From positions 390,001 through 422,000 of the forward strand of contig NC_008340.1 of NCBI RefSeq assembly GCF_000014785.1: a DNA stretch of 32,000 nt, given 5' to 3'. The notes beneath the pieces are model-generated. The model was not told where the DNA came from. It ran no database searches and saw nothing but the letters and a program-made list of their open reading frames with translations. Source of the stretch: Alkalilimnicola ehrlichii MLHE-1. Lineage in GTDB: Bacteria > Pseudomonadota > Gammaproteobacteria > Nitrococcales > Halorhodospiraceae. Positions 1-9,461 of the stretch are shown here, one piece after another (the first letter of the stretch is position 1; each line of letters starts with the position of its first letter). A program made the position numbers and the translations under genes.

Positions 1-810
1 CATGATGATGGCGTCCGGGTGAGCCACCGAGAGTTTCTCCTCGGTCAGGCCGTAAAGCTTGAAGTACTCGCCCTCACTGGGCAGCAGGGCGCCGCGCATG
101 CGCTCCCGTTGCAGCCGGAGCATCATCACCACGTCGACATCGCGGAGCCCGGCCTGCATGTCGTGGAACACCCGCACGCCCAGGGTCTCCACATCCCGTG
201 GCAGCAGGGTGCGCGGGGCGATCACCCGGACCTCGCCGGCGCCCAGGCCATTGAGGGCGTGAATCTGGGAGCGGGCCACCCGCGAGTGCAGGATGTCGCC
301 GACAATGGCCACCCGCAGCGGTTCGAAATCGCCCTTGTGCTGGCGGATGGTGAACATGTCCAGCATGGCCTGGGTGGGGTGGGCGTGGCGGCCGTCGCCG
401 GCGTTCAGCACGCTCACCCCGGGCCGGACGTGGCGGGCGATAAACTCGGCGGTGCCGCTGTCGCCGTGGCGCACCACGAAGGCGTCGCACTGCATGGCCT
501 CCAGGTTGCGCAGCATGTCCAGAAGGCTCTCGCCCTTGGACTGGGAGGAGACCGCCACGTCGATGTTGAGCACGTCCGCCGACAGCCGGGTGGCGGCCAA
601 CTCGAAGGTGGTGCGGGTTCGCGTGCTCGGCTCGAAAAACAGGTTGATGACCGTGCGGCCGCGCAGCAGCGGGACCTTCTTGACCGACTTGCCGATGACG
701 CCGGTGAAGCTCTCGGCGGTGTCGAGGATCTGGTTCAGCAGCGGCCGGGGCAGGCCTTCCGTGGTCAGGAAGTGGCGCAACCGGCCCTGGTTGTCCAACT
801 GTGCGTTCAT
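1..810 (-). CDS. pyrB: Aspartate carbamoyltransferase catalytic subunit (3' end runs off the left edge)
   Basis: Minus-strand translation from ATG at 810: [35 protein letters not shown]...[16 protein letters not shown]..., the carbamoyl-phosphate binding motif STRTRTSFE. Open at the window edge, so absent from the ORF track. Confidence 0.95.
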   Translation of the reverse strand, partial: MNAQLDNQGRLRHFLTTEGLPRPLLNQILDTAESFTGVIGKSVKKVPLLRGRTVINLFFEPSTRTRTTFELAATRLSADVLNIDVAVSSQSKGESLLDMLRNLEAMQCDAFVVRHGDSGTAEFIARHVRPGVSVLNAGDGRHAHPTQAMLDMFTIRQHKGDFEPLRVAIVGDILHSRVARSQIHALNGLGAGEVRVIAPRTLLPRDVETLGVRVFHDMQAGLRDVDVVMMLRLQRERMRGALLPSEGEYFKLYGLTEEKLSVAHPDAIIM

Positions 811-1316
811 GCCGTGTCCTGAATGATGAAGTGCAGGGGTTCGGGGCCGCTCAGTTTAATGCGTCGGTGCCGGGGCAGAGAGAGCCGGGTACCGACGACA
901 TCGGCGGCGAAGGGCAACTCGCGTCCGCCGCGGTCCACCAGCACCACCAGCAGCACGGCGGCCGGGCGGCCGTAGTCGAAGATCTCGTTGAGTGCGGCGC
1001 GCACCGTCCGTCCGGTGTGCAGCACGTCATCGACCAACACGATGACCCGATCGTCCACGTCGAAGGGCAGGCTGGAGGGGCGCACCTGGGGGTTGAGCCC
1101 CGCCTGGCCGACGTCATCGCGGTAGAAGGCGATATCCAGGGTGCCCAGGGGCAGCGCCAGGCCCAGCCGCTGGTGCAACGCCCGGGCCACCCAGGCGCCA
1201 CCGGTGTGGATGCCGACCATGGCGGCCTCGTCGAGGGGGGCATCGAGGGCCTGCAGCCGGCCCTCCAGATCGTGTTGGACGCGCTCGAGTAGCGGTGTTA
1301 CCTCGGGTGTGGTCAT
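807..1316 (-). CDS. pyrR: PyrR-type bifunctional pyr regulator / uracil phosphoribosyltransferase
   Basis: Internal ATG ([21 protein letters not shown]) within ORF 807..1583; PRPP-binding motif [19 protein letters not shown]; lies next to pyrB. Confidence 0.93.
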   Translation of the reverse strand: MTTPEVTPLLERVQHDLEGRLQALDAPLDEAAMVGIHTGGAWVARALHQRLGLALPLGTLDIAFYRDDVGQAGLNPQVRPSSLPFDVDDRVIVLVDDVLHTGRTVRAALNEIFDYGRPAAVLLVVLVDRGGRELPFAADVVGTRLSLPRHRRIKLSGPEPLHFIIQDTA

Positions 1317-1747
1317 GCGCACCCCTGTTGGCTGAACCAGGTTTCCAGGATGACCCGTGCCGCCTCGCTGTCCAGGGCGCCGGGCCGGCGGGTGGGGCGG
1401 CCGCGGCGTTCGGAGAGCCGTGCCGCCGCTTCGTGGGAGGAGAGCCGCTCGTCCACCAGCTCCACCCGCAGCCCGTAGCGGCCGTGCAGGCGCTGGGCGA
1501 ACTTGCGCGCGGCGCGGGTGCTTTCCGAGTCGCTGCCGTCGGCGTGCAGCGGCAGCCCCACCACCACCCCCTGCGGCCGCCACTCCGCCAGGAGCCGGCC
1601 GACCTCCTCCCAGTCGGGCTGACCGGCGCGGGCGCTCAGGGTGATCAGGGCCCGGCCGCCGCCGGTCAGGGCCTCACCCACGGCCACGCCGATGCGCCGG
1701 TCCCCGTGATCGAAGGCCAGCCAGGTGCCCGATACGGGGTCAGGCAT
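1313..1747 (-). CDS. ruvX: Holliday junction resolvase-like protein RuvX/YqgF
   Basis: LAFDHGDRRIGVAVGEALTGGGRAL...GLPLHADGSDSESTRAARKFAQRL, typical YqgF family motifs; adjacent to yqgE. Confidence 0.93.
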   Translation of the reverse strand: MPDPVSGTWLAFDHGDRRIGVAVGEALTGGGRALITLSARAGQPDWEEVGRLLAEWRPQGVVVGLPLHADGSDSESTRAARKFAQRLHGRYGLRVELVDERLSSHEAAARLSERRGRPTRRPGALDSEAARVILETWFSQQGCA

Positions 1748-2315
1748 GCCCGCTTTCGCCGGACATGCGGCTGATATCCACCCCCAGTTGCGCCGCCGCG
1801 GCCTCCCAGCGCTGCGGCACCGGGGTGTCGAAGAGGATGGTGCTGGTCGCCGGCACCGTCAGCCAGGCATTGCTGGTCATCTCCTCCTCCAGCTGCCCGG
1901 CGCCCCAACCCGCGTAACCCAGGGCCATCAGAAAGCGGCGGGGGCCGCGGTTTTGGGCCAGGGCCGTGATGATGTCGCGGGAGGTGGTGACACTGACCTG
2001 GGGCGAGACCTGTGCTGAGGCCTCCCACTGATCGTCCGGTGGGTGGAGCACAAAGCCGCGTTCGCGCTGTACCGGGCCGCCGAGGAAGACCGGGGTGTCC
2101 ACCGGGGCGTCGGGGCCCGGCTCGATGTCCATGTGCTCGAACAGGTCCCTCAGCTTGAGATCGGAGGGGTGATTGATCACCAGGCCCATCGCGCCCTCCG
2201 GGCCGTGCTCACAGATGTAGATCACGGCGTGCGCGAAGTTGGGGTCCTGCAGGCTGGGCATTGCGATGGCGAAGTGGTCGCTCAGCCAGCCCCCGTTGTC
2301 GCTTGTCTCGCTCAT
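1740..2315 (-). CDS. yqgE: YqgE/AlgH family protein
   Basis: LSDHFAIAMPSLQDPNFAHAVIYICEHGPEGAMGLVINHPSDLKLRDLFEHM; canonical YqgE N-terminus. Confidence 0.95.
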   Translation of the reverse strand: MSETSDNGGWLSDHFAIAMPSLQDPNFAHAVIYICEHGPEGAMGLVINHPSDLKLRDLFEHMDIEPGPDAPVDTPVFLGGPVQRERGFVLHPPDDQWEASAQVSPQVSVTTSRDIITALAQNRGPRRFLMALGYAGWGAGQLEEEMTSNAWLTVPATSTILFDTPVPQRWEAAAAQLGVDISRMSGESGHA

Positions 2316-2367
2316 GCGTTTAGTATCCCTGTCCAGTGGCCGGGGGACAAGGCCGCCGGCCCTCCGG

Positions 2368-3255
2368 TCAGCGCGCCGAGAGATCGCTGCCCAGAAACTC
2401 CCAGGTGCGGGTGATCACCAGTTGATCGTTGCCCTGCAGGACATCGTCCGGCACCGGGGCGTAGGGGGCGGAAAGGCGGACGATGCGGACCGCCGCCTCG
2501 TCCAGCAAGCGGTGGCGCGAGGGCTCCAGGATGCGCACCGCGGCGACCTCGCCGTCGGGCTCCAGGGTGACCTGCAGCACCAGGCGCCCGGACAGCCCAC
2601 GCCGCCGGGCCTCATTGGGGTAGTTACGGTTGCCCACGTCCTCAACCCGGGCCACCCATTGGCGCATGTACTCGGCGGCGGGATGGCTGCGGGTGCTGGA
2701 GCTGATGAACTGGCGGCTGGGGCCGCGGGCATCGGGCTGGGCCCGTTCGGGCGTGGGGGCGTTGATCGCGGCCCGGCGGGCGGCGGCCAGGTCCAGCGGC
2801 TGGCGCTGCTCCGGCTCGCGCTCGGCCTGTTCGCTCTCCGGCCTGTCCACGGGGGCCTCCTCGGTGGTCAGCGCGGGTACCTCCGCCGGGGTCTCTGCGG
2901 TGGGGGTCGGCTCGGGGTCGGGCTCCGGCTCCGGCAGCGGCGTCTCCCGGGCGATCCGCGAGGCGGGCGTCTCCGGTACATGGGGCTCGGGGGTCTCCGC
3001 GGCACCGCCGCCCAACTGATCACTCTCCGCCAGGAAGTCGTAGTCCTCGGGCATCCCGCTGTCATGGCGGCTCAGGGTGACGTCGATCAGCGGCGGCCGT
3101 TCGGCCCGTTCCGGTTCGGGGAATGACAGACCGAGCCCGAAGATGACGGCGGCGTGGATCAGCGCGGCCACCACCATCGCGACCAGCAGCCGGCCGTGGT
3201 CGGTCCCGGTCCAGGCGGGCCGATGTAAACGGGGTTGTCGGGCGGCTGCGGTCAT
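2368..3255 (-). CDS. TonB-like energy transducer
   Basis: N-terminal TM segment, Pro/Glu-rich middle, C-terminal TonB domain (GRLVLQVTLEPDGEVAAVRILEPSRHRLLDEAAVRIVR). Start taken at MTAAARQPRLHRPAW; the longer ORF to 3636 overlaps the upstream gene. Confidence 0.88.
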   Translation of the reverse strand: MTAAARQPRLHRPAWTGTDHGRLLVAMVVAALIHAAVIFGLGLSFPEPERAERPPLIDVTLSRHDSGMPEDYDFLAESDQLGGGAAETPEPHVPETPASRIARETPLPEPEPDPEPTPTAETPAEVPALTTEEAPVDRPESEQAEREPEQRQPLDLAAARRAAINAPTPERAQPDARGPSRQFISSSTRSHPAAEYMRQWVARVEDVGNRNYPNEARRRGLSGRLVLQVTLEPDGEVAAVRILEPSRHRLLDEAAVRIVRLSAPYAPVPDDVLQGNDQLVITRTWEFLGSDLSAR

Positions 3256-3797
3256 GCTGCCTCGTGGCCATCCCGGCGCGGCGGGCGGCCGAGTTCGCGG
3301 ATCATGGCGCTGGCCATTATACCGTTGACCAGCCCGAAAACGATGGCGGCGGTCATGAAGGGCGGAAAGAGGAGCCAGAGCCCCGGGTGCGGAATGAACA
3401 ACCACCAGGCCGCGGTGAACTGGGCCCCCATGTGGGCCAGGGCGGCCAGCAGACTGTAGCTGACCGCGCTGGCGCCGGGCAGGGTCCGGGCCAGCGCGAG
3501 GCCGCCCAGTGCACCCAGGCCGCCCGCCAGGCTGAGGAAGAAGGTGGGGGAGAGCAGGGTGCCCATCAGGATGCCGCCGGCCAACACCCGCAGCACGGTG
3601 ATCCAGACGGCCACCCGCCAGCCGTAGAGCCAGCACGCGGCCACCGTGATGATGTTGGCCAGCCCCGGTTTGATGCCGGGCAGCGGGCTGGGCAACGCCG
3701 CCTCGGCCACGTGAATCGCCAGGGCCAGGGCGGCCAGGGTGGCGATCCGCAGGTCGTCGCGGTCACTCTTCAGGCGGCGGTAGCGGGGCGCTGTCAT
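3252..3797 (-). CDS. Gx transporter family (heptaprenyl diphosphate synthase component I-like / EetB-like) membrane protein
   Basis: Hydrophobic protein AALALAIHVAEAALPSPLPGIKPGLANIITVAACWLYGWRVAVWITVLRVLAGGILMGTLLSPTFFLSLAGG, typical of the Gx family; next to NusG-II and ApbE genes. Confidence 0.85.
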   Translation of the reverse strand: MTAPRYRRLKSDRDDLRIATLAALALAIHVAEAALPSPLPGIKPGLANIITVAACWLYGWRVAVWITVLRVLAGGILMGTLLSPTFFLSLAGGLGALGGLALARTLPGASAVSYSLLAALAHMGAQFTAAWWLFIPHPGLWLLFPPFMTAAIVFGLVNGIMASAMIRELGRPPRRDGHEAA

Positions 3798-3799
3798 AG

Positions 3800-4162
3800 T
3801 CAGTAATGGATGGTGTCGTAGCGGGGTTCGGCGCCGAGGATCTCCACCGCGACCCGGTTGGGCAGGCAGAGGGCCTGGTCGCCGGGGGTGTCCAGGCGCC
3901 CGGCGCGCACGCAGATCTGCCGCGGCCCGGGGTCGGAGACCACCCGCGCGCCCCCATCGGCGATCTCCACCACCGTGGTCCCCAGCGGCCCGGGGACCTC
4001 CACCGTGCGCGGCCGATCCAGCGGGTAACGGGCGTATTCGCTGTCACCAGCCCAGATCCGCACCGTTTCCGCCTCCCCCTCCCGGCCGTCCCAGAGCCAG
4101 GGGTAGAGCAGGGCCACCCCGCTGATCGCGATCACCAGTACCAGCCGGTCGGTCCAGGTCAC
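3800..4162 (-). CDS. NusG domain II-containing (EetA-like) protein
   Basis: Single N-terminal TM then VRIWAGDSEYARYPLDRPRTVEVPGPLGTTVVEIADGGARVVSDPGPRQICVRAGRLDTPGDQALCLPNRVAVEI, a NusG-domain-II pattern; ATGA overlap with apbE. Confidence 0.82.
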   Translation of the reverse strand: MTWTDRLVLVIAISGVALLYPWLWDGREGEAETVRIWAGDSEYARYPLDRPRTVEVPGPLGTTVVEIADGGARVVSDPGPRQICVRAGRLDTPGDQALCLPNRVAVEILGAEPRYDTIHY

Positions 4163-5211
4163 GGGTCGGGCCAGCTCCGCACGCCGGCCTCCGGGGTCTG
4201 CTCCACCCGCAGGTGGGCCTGCATCGATTCCGTCAGGTGGATGCGCCCGTCCGGCTCCACCAGCATGATCCGCTGGACCCCGAGCCGCCGGGCCACGGCC
4301 GGCCAGTCCTCCGGGCCGGCCAGCATCAGCGCGGTACTGGCGGCGTCGGCCCGCACCGGGTCCGAATGGACCACGGTGGCGGCGCTCAGGCCGCGGGCCG
4401 GGTGGCCGCTGCGCGGGTCGAGGATGTGGTGGTAGCGCTCACCGTCCTGCTCGAAATCGCGTTCGTAGTCGCCGGAGGTGAATACGGCGGTGTCGGCCCC
4501 AACCTCCAGCGACGCGATAATGCCCTCCTGGTGGGGGTGGCGGATGCCGATGCGCCAGGGGCGGCCGCGGGGCTCGCCCAGGGTGAGCAGATCACCGCCC
4601 ACATTCACCACCGCACGCTCGATGCCCTGACGGCGCAGATCGTCCACCGCCTGGCCGATGAGATAGCCCTTGGCGTACCCCCCCAGGTTGAGCCGCAGCC
4701 CGGTGTGGTCGCTGGCCAGACGGCCATCCTCCTCGCGCAGGTCGCGCAGGCTGGGCCGGGCGCTCAGCCAGGCCTCGAGCGCCTGCGGGTCGGGCCGTTG
4801 GGCGTCGCGGCCGTCGTCCTCGAAACCCCACAGGCGGATTAACTCCCCGATGGCCGGGGTGAACAGGCCGCCGCTGAGCCGTTCCAGTTCCCGGCCGGTG
4901 GCCAGCAGGGCGAGCAGCTCGTCGCTGGCCGCGGGGCTGGTTTCGCCGGCGGCCAAGGCGCGGTTGATCTGGCCCAGTTCGCCATCGCCGGCCGGGTGCC
5001 AGCGCTGCTGGTAATCCTCCAGCCGCCGGCGCACCCGATCGGCCGCCGCCAGGGCGGTGCGTTCGGGCTGGCCGTGGATGGTGACCTCCACCAGCGTGCC
5101 CAGGGCGTAGAAGCGTTCCCGGTGTTGCAGCTCCTCACCGCTGCAGGCGTTGAGCACCAGCGCGGCGAGACCGAGCAGGGTGGCCAGCCGTATCAGGCGG
5201 AAACGGCTCAT
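4159..5211 (-). CDS. apbE: FAD:protein FMN transferase (ApbE), lipoprotein
   Basis: Lipobox-like LAALVLNACS; LRLNLGGYAKGYLIGQAVDDL; VNVGGDLLTLG; SGDYERDFEQDGERYHHILDPRSGHPA, the ApbE signatures. Confidence 0.94.
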   Translation of the reverse strand: MSRFRLIRLATLLGLAALVLNACSGEELQHRERFYALGTLVEVTIHGQPERTALAAADRVRRRLEDYQQRWHPAGDGELGQINRALAAGETSPAASDELLALLATGRELERLSGGLFTPAIGELIRLWGFEDDGRDAQRPDPQALEAWLSARPSLRDLREEDGRLASDHTGLRLNLGGYAKGYLIGQAVDDLRRQGIERAVVNVGGDLLTLGEPRGRPWRIGIRHPHQEGIIASLEVGADTAVFTSGDYERDFEQDGERYHHILDPRSGHPARGLSAATVVHSDPVRADAASTALMLAGPEDWPAVARRLGVQRIMLVEPDGRIHLTESMQAHLRVEQTPEAGVRSWPDP

Positions 5212-6152
5212 AGCCGGGTTTCCACCAAGTCCATCAGGCGTGCGGAGATATTGGTCTCGTAAATGGCGTCCAGCTCCCGGACGCAGGTGGGGCTGGTGAC
5301 GTTGATCTCGGTGAGGTAATCACCGATCACATCCAGGCCGACGAAATCCAGCCCGCGCCGGCGCAATTCCGGGGCCACCTGTTCGCAGATCCAGCGGTCG
5401 CGGTCGGTCAGTTCCACCCCGACGCCGCGCCCGCCGGCGGCCAGGTTGCCCCGGGTCTCGCCCTCGCGCGGGATACGGGCCAGCGCCCAGGGCAGCGGCT
5501 CGCCGCCGATCATCAGGATCCGCTTGTCGCCCGCCTCGATCTCCGGCAGGTAGCGCTGGGCCATGATCTGGAGGGTGCCCTCCCGGGTGAGGGTCTCCAG
5601 GATGACACTGGTGTTGGGGTCGCCATCCCGGACCACGAAGATCGAGGCGCCGCCCATGGCATCCAGCGGCTTCAGCACCACATGCTCTTGCTCGGCCATG
5701 AAGGCCCGCAGCTGCCCGGCATCGGCACTGACCAGGGTGGGGGCGCAACACTGCGGGAACTGGGCGGTAAAGAGCTTCTCATTGCAGTCGCGCAGCGCCT
5801 CCGGGCGGTTGATCACCTGGACCCCCGCCAGCTCAGCCAGCTCCAGTACGTGGGTGGCGTAGGCATAGGCGGTGTCCACCGGTGGATCGCTGCGCATGAG
5901 GATGACGTCCAGCGCCTCCAGCGGGCCCCAGGCCGGTTCGCCCAGCTCGAACCAGTCCCGGTTGTCGTCCCGCACCGTCAGTGGCCGGTTTCGGCCCAGG
6001 GGTCGGCCGTCGCGCAGGGCCAGATCGCCGGTCTCCAGATAATGCAGTACCCAGCCGCGGCGCTCGGCCTCCAGCAACAGGGCCAGGGTGGTGTCCTTCC
6101 AGGGTTTGATCGCGTGGATGGGGTCCATGACCACGCCCAGTCGTACGCTCAT
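5208..6152 (-). CDS. gshB: Glutathione synthetase
   Basis: MSVRLGVVMDPIHAIKPWKDTTLALLLEAERRGW...LKPLDAMGGASIFVVRDGD...EINVTSPTCVRELDAIYETNISARLMD. Confidence 0.96.
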   Translation of the reverse strand: MSVRLGVVMDPIHAIKPWKDTTLALLLEAERRGWVLHYLETGDLALRDGRPLGRNRPLTVRDDNRDWFELGEPAWGPLEALDVILMRSDPPVDTAYAYATHVLELAELAGVQVINRPEALRDCNEKLFTAQFPQCCAPTLVSADAGQLRAFMAEQEHVVLKPLDAMGGASIFVVRDGDPNTSVILETLTREGTLQIMAQRYLPEIEAGDKRILMIGGEPLPWALARIPREGETRGNLAAGGRGVGVELTDRDRWICEQVAPELRRRGLDFVGLDVIGDYLTEINVTSPTCVRELDAIYETNISARLMDLVETRL

Positions 6153-6379
6153 GAAGGTTCCTCGGGGCCGGGGCGGTTGCCCGCGTCAAGTGAATACGAT
6201 GGCCGCATGATACCGCGTGTCGGCGCTGAGTATGAGGGGCGGGGCGGCGTCGGCGCCGGTACCCAGTTAGTCGTAAGGTAGTATTCGGTCGGACACCTAT
6301 GGTAAATACCTGGGGGAGGAACTCGTGCCGCTGCCGTCCGGCGGGCAGCGGGATTTCTGCCATCGACGAGGGGGCGCGG

Positions 6380-6784
6380 GTGGAAAGCGAAGCGTCAGAG
6401 CAGGACGTGCAGGGCCTGAAGGTGATGGTCATCGACGACAGCAAGACCATCCGCCGCACGGCCGAGACACTCCTCAAAAAGGAAGGCTGCGAGGTGATCA
6501 CGGCCACCGACGGGTTCGAGGCCCTGGCCAAGGTGGCCGAACATCGGCCGGATATCATCTTCATTGACATCATGATGCCGCGCCTGGACGGCTACCAGAC
6601 CTGCGCGCTGGTCAAGAACAACCCCGCCTTCCGGGCCACGCCCGTGATCATGCTCTCCAGCAAGGACAGCCTGTTCGACCGGGCGCGGGGGCGCATTGTC
6701 GGTTCCGAGCAGTACCTCACCAAGCCGTTTACCCGGGGCGAGCTGCTGGACGCCATTCGCCGCCATATCACGCAGACGGCCTGA
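6380..6784 (+). CDS. pilG: Twitching-motility response regulator PilG-like
   Basis: REC domain KVMVIDDSKTIRRTAETLLKKEGCEV...IIFIDIMMPRLDGYQTCALVK...YLTKPFTRGELLDAIRRH; first gene of the Pil-Chp cluster. GTG start at 6380 preferred over the ATG at 6299 by family length and an upstream GAGGGGG; the start is uncertain. Confidence 0.88.
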   Translation: MESEASEQDVQGLKVMVIDDSKTIRRTAETLLKKEGCEVITATDGFEALAKVAEHRPDIIFIDIMMPRLDGYQTCALVKNNPAFRATPVIMLSSKDSLFDRARGRIVGSEQYLTKPFTRGELLDAIRRHITQTA

Positions 6785-6827
6785 CACACTCTTTAAGGAC
6801 ATCATCTAAGGACGGGGAGTTCACACC

Positions 6828-7193
6828 ATGGCGCGCATTCTGGTTATCGACGATTCACCCACCGATCTCCACGCCATCCGCTCCATCCTGGAGGGGGAGG
6901 GGCACCAGCTGATTGAGGCCGGTGACGGGGAGCAGGGGCTGGAACAGGCGCGCAGCGCCCATCCCGATCTTATCCTCATGGACATCGTCATGCCCGGCAT
7001 GAACGGCTTCCAGGCCACCCGGCGGCTCAACCGCGACGCCGAGACCGCCTCGATCCCGGTGATCATGGTCAGCAGCAAGGACCAGGCCACCGACCGGATC
7101 TGGGCCAAGCGCCAGGGCGCGGTGGATTACATCGCCAAGCCCGTGGAGCGCGATGAACTGCTCCAGAAGGTACGCGCGGTGTTGGGCGGCTGA
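6828..7193 (+). CDS. pilH: Twitching-motility response regulator PilH-like
   Basis: MARILVIDDSPTDLHAIRSILEGEGHQLIEAGDGEQGLEQ...DLILMDIVMPGMNGFQATRRL...YIAKPVERDELL. Confidence 0.93.
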   Translation: MARILVIDDSPTDLHAIRSILEGEGHQLIEAGDGEQGLEQARSAHPDLILMDIVMPGMNGFQATRRLNRDAETASIPVIMVSSKDQATDRIWAKRQGAVDYIAKPVERDELLQKVRAVLGG

Positions 7194-7198
7194 GCGCT

Positions 7199-7750
7199 GT
7201 GTTGAGCCTGGAGGAACAGCCCACCGCCTTCGATGCCCTGCGGGCCCTGGATCGGATGGGCCGTGCCCATCCCCTGGACCTGACGGTCGACGAGGGGGGC
7301 GAGTCCGAATGGTACGGGGTGGCGGTGCGGTTCTCCGGGCGCCATTTCCTGCTGCCGATGCACGAAGTGGCGGAGGTGATGCCCTGCCCCCCGCTGACCC
7401 CCGTGCCCCACACCCGCGATTGGGTCAAGGGCGTGGCCAACGTCCGTGGCACCCTGATCCCGGTCATCGACCTGGACGGCTTCTTCGGCCAGGGCCCGGT
7501 CAACATGTCCCACCTGACACGCATTGTCATCATGCGCGCCGGGGAGGTGGTGGCCGGCCTGTTGGTGGACGAGGTGCTGGGGCTGCGCCCCTGTGCTCGC
7601 GGCGGTTGGCTGGCCCAGGTGCCGGGCGGGCTGTCGTCCGACCTGGCGCGCTGCATCGCCGGGGTGTTTCAGCGCGAGGATGGTGACTGGCCGGTCTTTC
7701 GCCCGGTGCGGCTGGTGCGTGACCCCCGTTTCATGCGGGTGGCGGCCTGA
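7199..7750 (+). CDS. pilI: PilI, CheW-like coupling protein
   Basis: GTG start just after the pilH stop; CheW-like GVAVRFSGRHFLLPMHEVAEVMPCPPLTPVPHTRDWVKGVANVRGTLIPVIDLDGFFG. Confidence 0.9.
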   Translation: MLSLEEQPTAFDALRALDRMGRAHPLDLTVDEGGESEWYGVAVRFSGRHFLLPMHEVAEVMPCPPLTPVPHTRDWVKGVANVRGTLIPVIDLDGFFGQGPVNMSHLTRIVIMRAGEVVAGLLVDEVLGLRPCARGGWLAQVPGGLSSDLARCIAGVFQREDGDWPVFRPVRLVRDPRFMRVAA

Positions 7751-7778
7751 GCAGGATGCACAGAGAGGTTGATTCAGT

Positions 7779-9461
7779 ATGACGGCGGCTCGAACAGACA
7801 AACCACAGCAGGGATCCACCCAGTCGAAGGCGCGCCTTTTTACCTCGCTGGCGGCGATCACCACGGTGCTCACCGCGCTGGTGATCGGCCTGACCCTGCA
7901 CCTGCAGGCGGCCGACCGGGGGCAGCTGGCGGCCGGCCAGGGTCTCGAGGTGGAGCTGCTGGAGCTTCGTGACCAGGCGGCGCGCGCCGGGCGCGGCGAC
8001 CCGGTGGAGGTGGCCCGGCTGGAACAGGCGCTGGCCGATGTCAGGGGCCATGCCGACACCCTAACGTCGGTCGACCCGGTGGCCGGATACGGCGCCCCGC
8101 CGGCGCTGGTGCAGGCCCGTCGCACGGTCAGCGAGGGCCTGCCGGCGGTCACGTCGGCCGGCGAGCGGCTGTTGAGCCGGCTGGCTGGCGCCGCGGGCCA
8201 GGAGGCGCCGGACTTGGCGGTGCGGGAGGTTGCCCGGGAGTTGCTCCGCACCAGTGACCAGCTCCGCGAGCCCGCCGGCGAACTCAGTACCCGGTTGCGG
8301 CAACGGGCCGATGACCGCTGGCTGCAGCCGGCGCTGGCGGGCGGACTGGGCGGCATCACACTGATTCTGCTGGCCAGCGCCGCGCTCTTCTCTACCCGGG
8401 TGTTCCGCGAGGTGCTGGCGGCCCGCGCCGAGGATAAGCGACGGGTGGACGAGGAGTCGCGGCGCAACCAGGAGGCCATCCTCAAGCTGCTCGACGAGCT
8501 CGAGGACCTGCGCGAGGGGGACCTGCGCACCCAGGCCTCCGTGGGCGAGGAGATCACCGGCGCCATCGCCGACGCCTTCAACGACGCCATCGACAACCTG
8601 CGCAGCCTGGTGGCCACCATCAACCGCACCGCCGAGCAGGTCTCCGCCTCCGCCGAGCAGACCCAGGCCACCGCCACCCGGCTCGCCGAGGCCTCCGGCC
8701 AGCAGGCCCAGCAGATCAGCAGCGCCTCCACCGCCATCGAGGACATGGCCCAATCCATCGACGAGGTCTCCCGCAACGCCGAGGAGTCGGCGCGGGTCGC
8801 CCAGCAGGCGGTGAATATCGCCACCAAGGGGGCGGAGACGGTGCGGGCCACCATCGAGGGCATGGACACCATCCGCGAGCAGATCCAGGAGACCGCCAAA
8901 CGCATCAAGCGCCTGGGTGAGTCCTCCCAGGAGATCGGCAACATCGTCGAACTGATCAACGACATCTCCGATCAGACCAATATCCTCGCGCTCAACGCCT
9001 CCATCCAGGCCGCCATGGCCGGCGAGACCGGGCGCGGGTTCGCGGTGGTTGCGGACGAGGTGCAGCGCCTGGCCGAGCGCTCGGGCAACGCCACCAAACA
9101 GATCGAGGCATTGGTCAAGACCATTCAGACCGACACCAACGAGGCGGTGCTGTCCATGGAGCAGAGCACCGCCGGGGTAGTGGAGGGGGCGCAGCTCGCC
9201 GAAAACGCCGGCGATGCCCTGCGCGAGATCGAATCCGTCTCCACTGACCTGGCGGCGCTGATCCAGAGCATCTCCCGGGCCTCCCGCCAGCAGGCCAATG
9301 CCGCGGCCAACGTCTCGGACACCATGAAGGTCATCCAGGGGATCACCGACGAGACCTCGGCGGGCACCCGGGAGACGGCCGACTCCATCGGAAACCTCAC
9401 GGCGCTGGCCAGCGATCTGCGCAGCTCCGTGGCCGGGTTCAAACTGCCGGACCATGACTGA
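7779..9461 (+). CDS. pilJ: PilJ-like methyl-accepting chemotaxis protein
   Basis: Two TM segments, HAMP-like region, MCP hairpin tip (QEIGNIVELINDISDQTNILALNASIQAAMAGETGRGFAVVADEVQRLAERSGNATKQIE). Confidence 0.92.
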   Translation: MTAARTDKPQQGSTQSKARLFTSLAAITTVLTALVIGLTLHLQAADRGQLAAGQGLEVELLELRDQAARAGRGDPVEVARLEQALADVRGHADTLTSVDPVAGYGAPPALVQARRTVSEGLPAVTSAGERLLSRLAGAAGQEAPDLAVREVARELLRTSDQLREPAGELSTRLRQRADDRWLQPALAGGLGGITLILLASAALFSTRVFREVLAARAEDKRRVDEESRRNQEAILKLLDELEDLREGDLRTQASVGEEITGAIADAFNDAIDNLRSLVATINRTAEQVSASAEQTQATATRLAEASGQQAQQISSASTAIEDMAQSIDEVSRNAEESARVAQQAVNIATKGAETVRATIEGMDTIREQIQETAKRIKRLGESSQEIGNIVELINDISDQTNILALNASIQAAMAGETGRGFAVVADEVQRLAERSGNATKQIEALVKTIQTDTNEAVLSMEQSTAGVVEGAQLAENAGDALREIESVSTDLAALIQSISRASRQQANAAANVSDTMKVIQGITDETSAGTRETADSIGNLTALASDLRSSVAGFKLPDHD

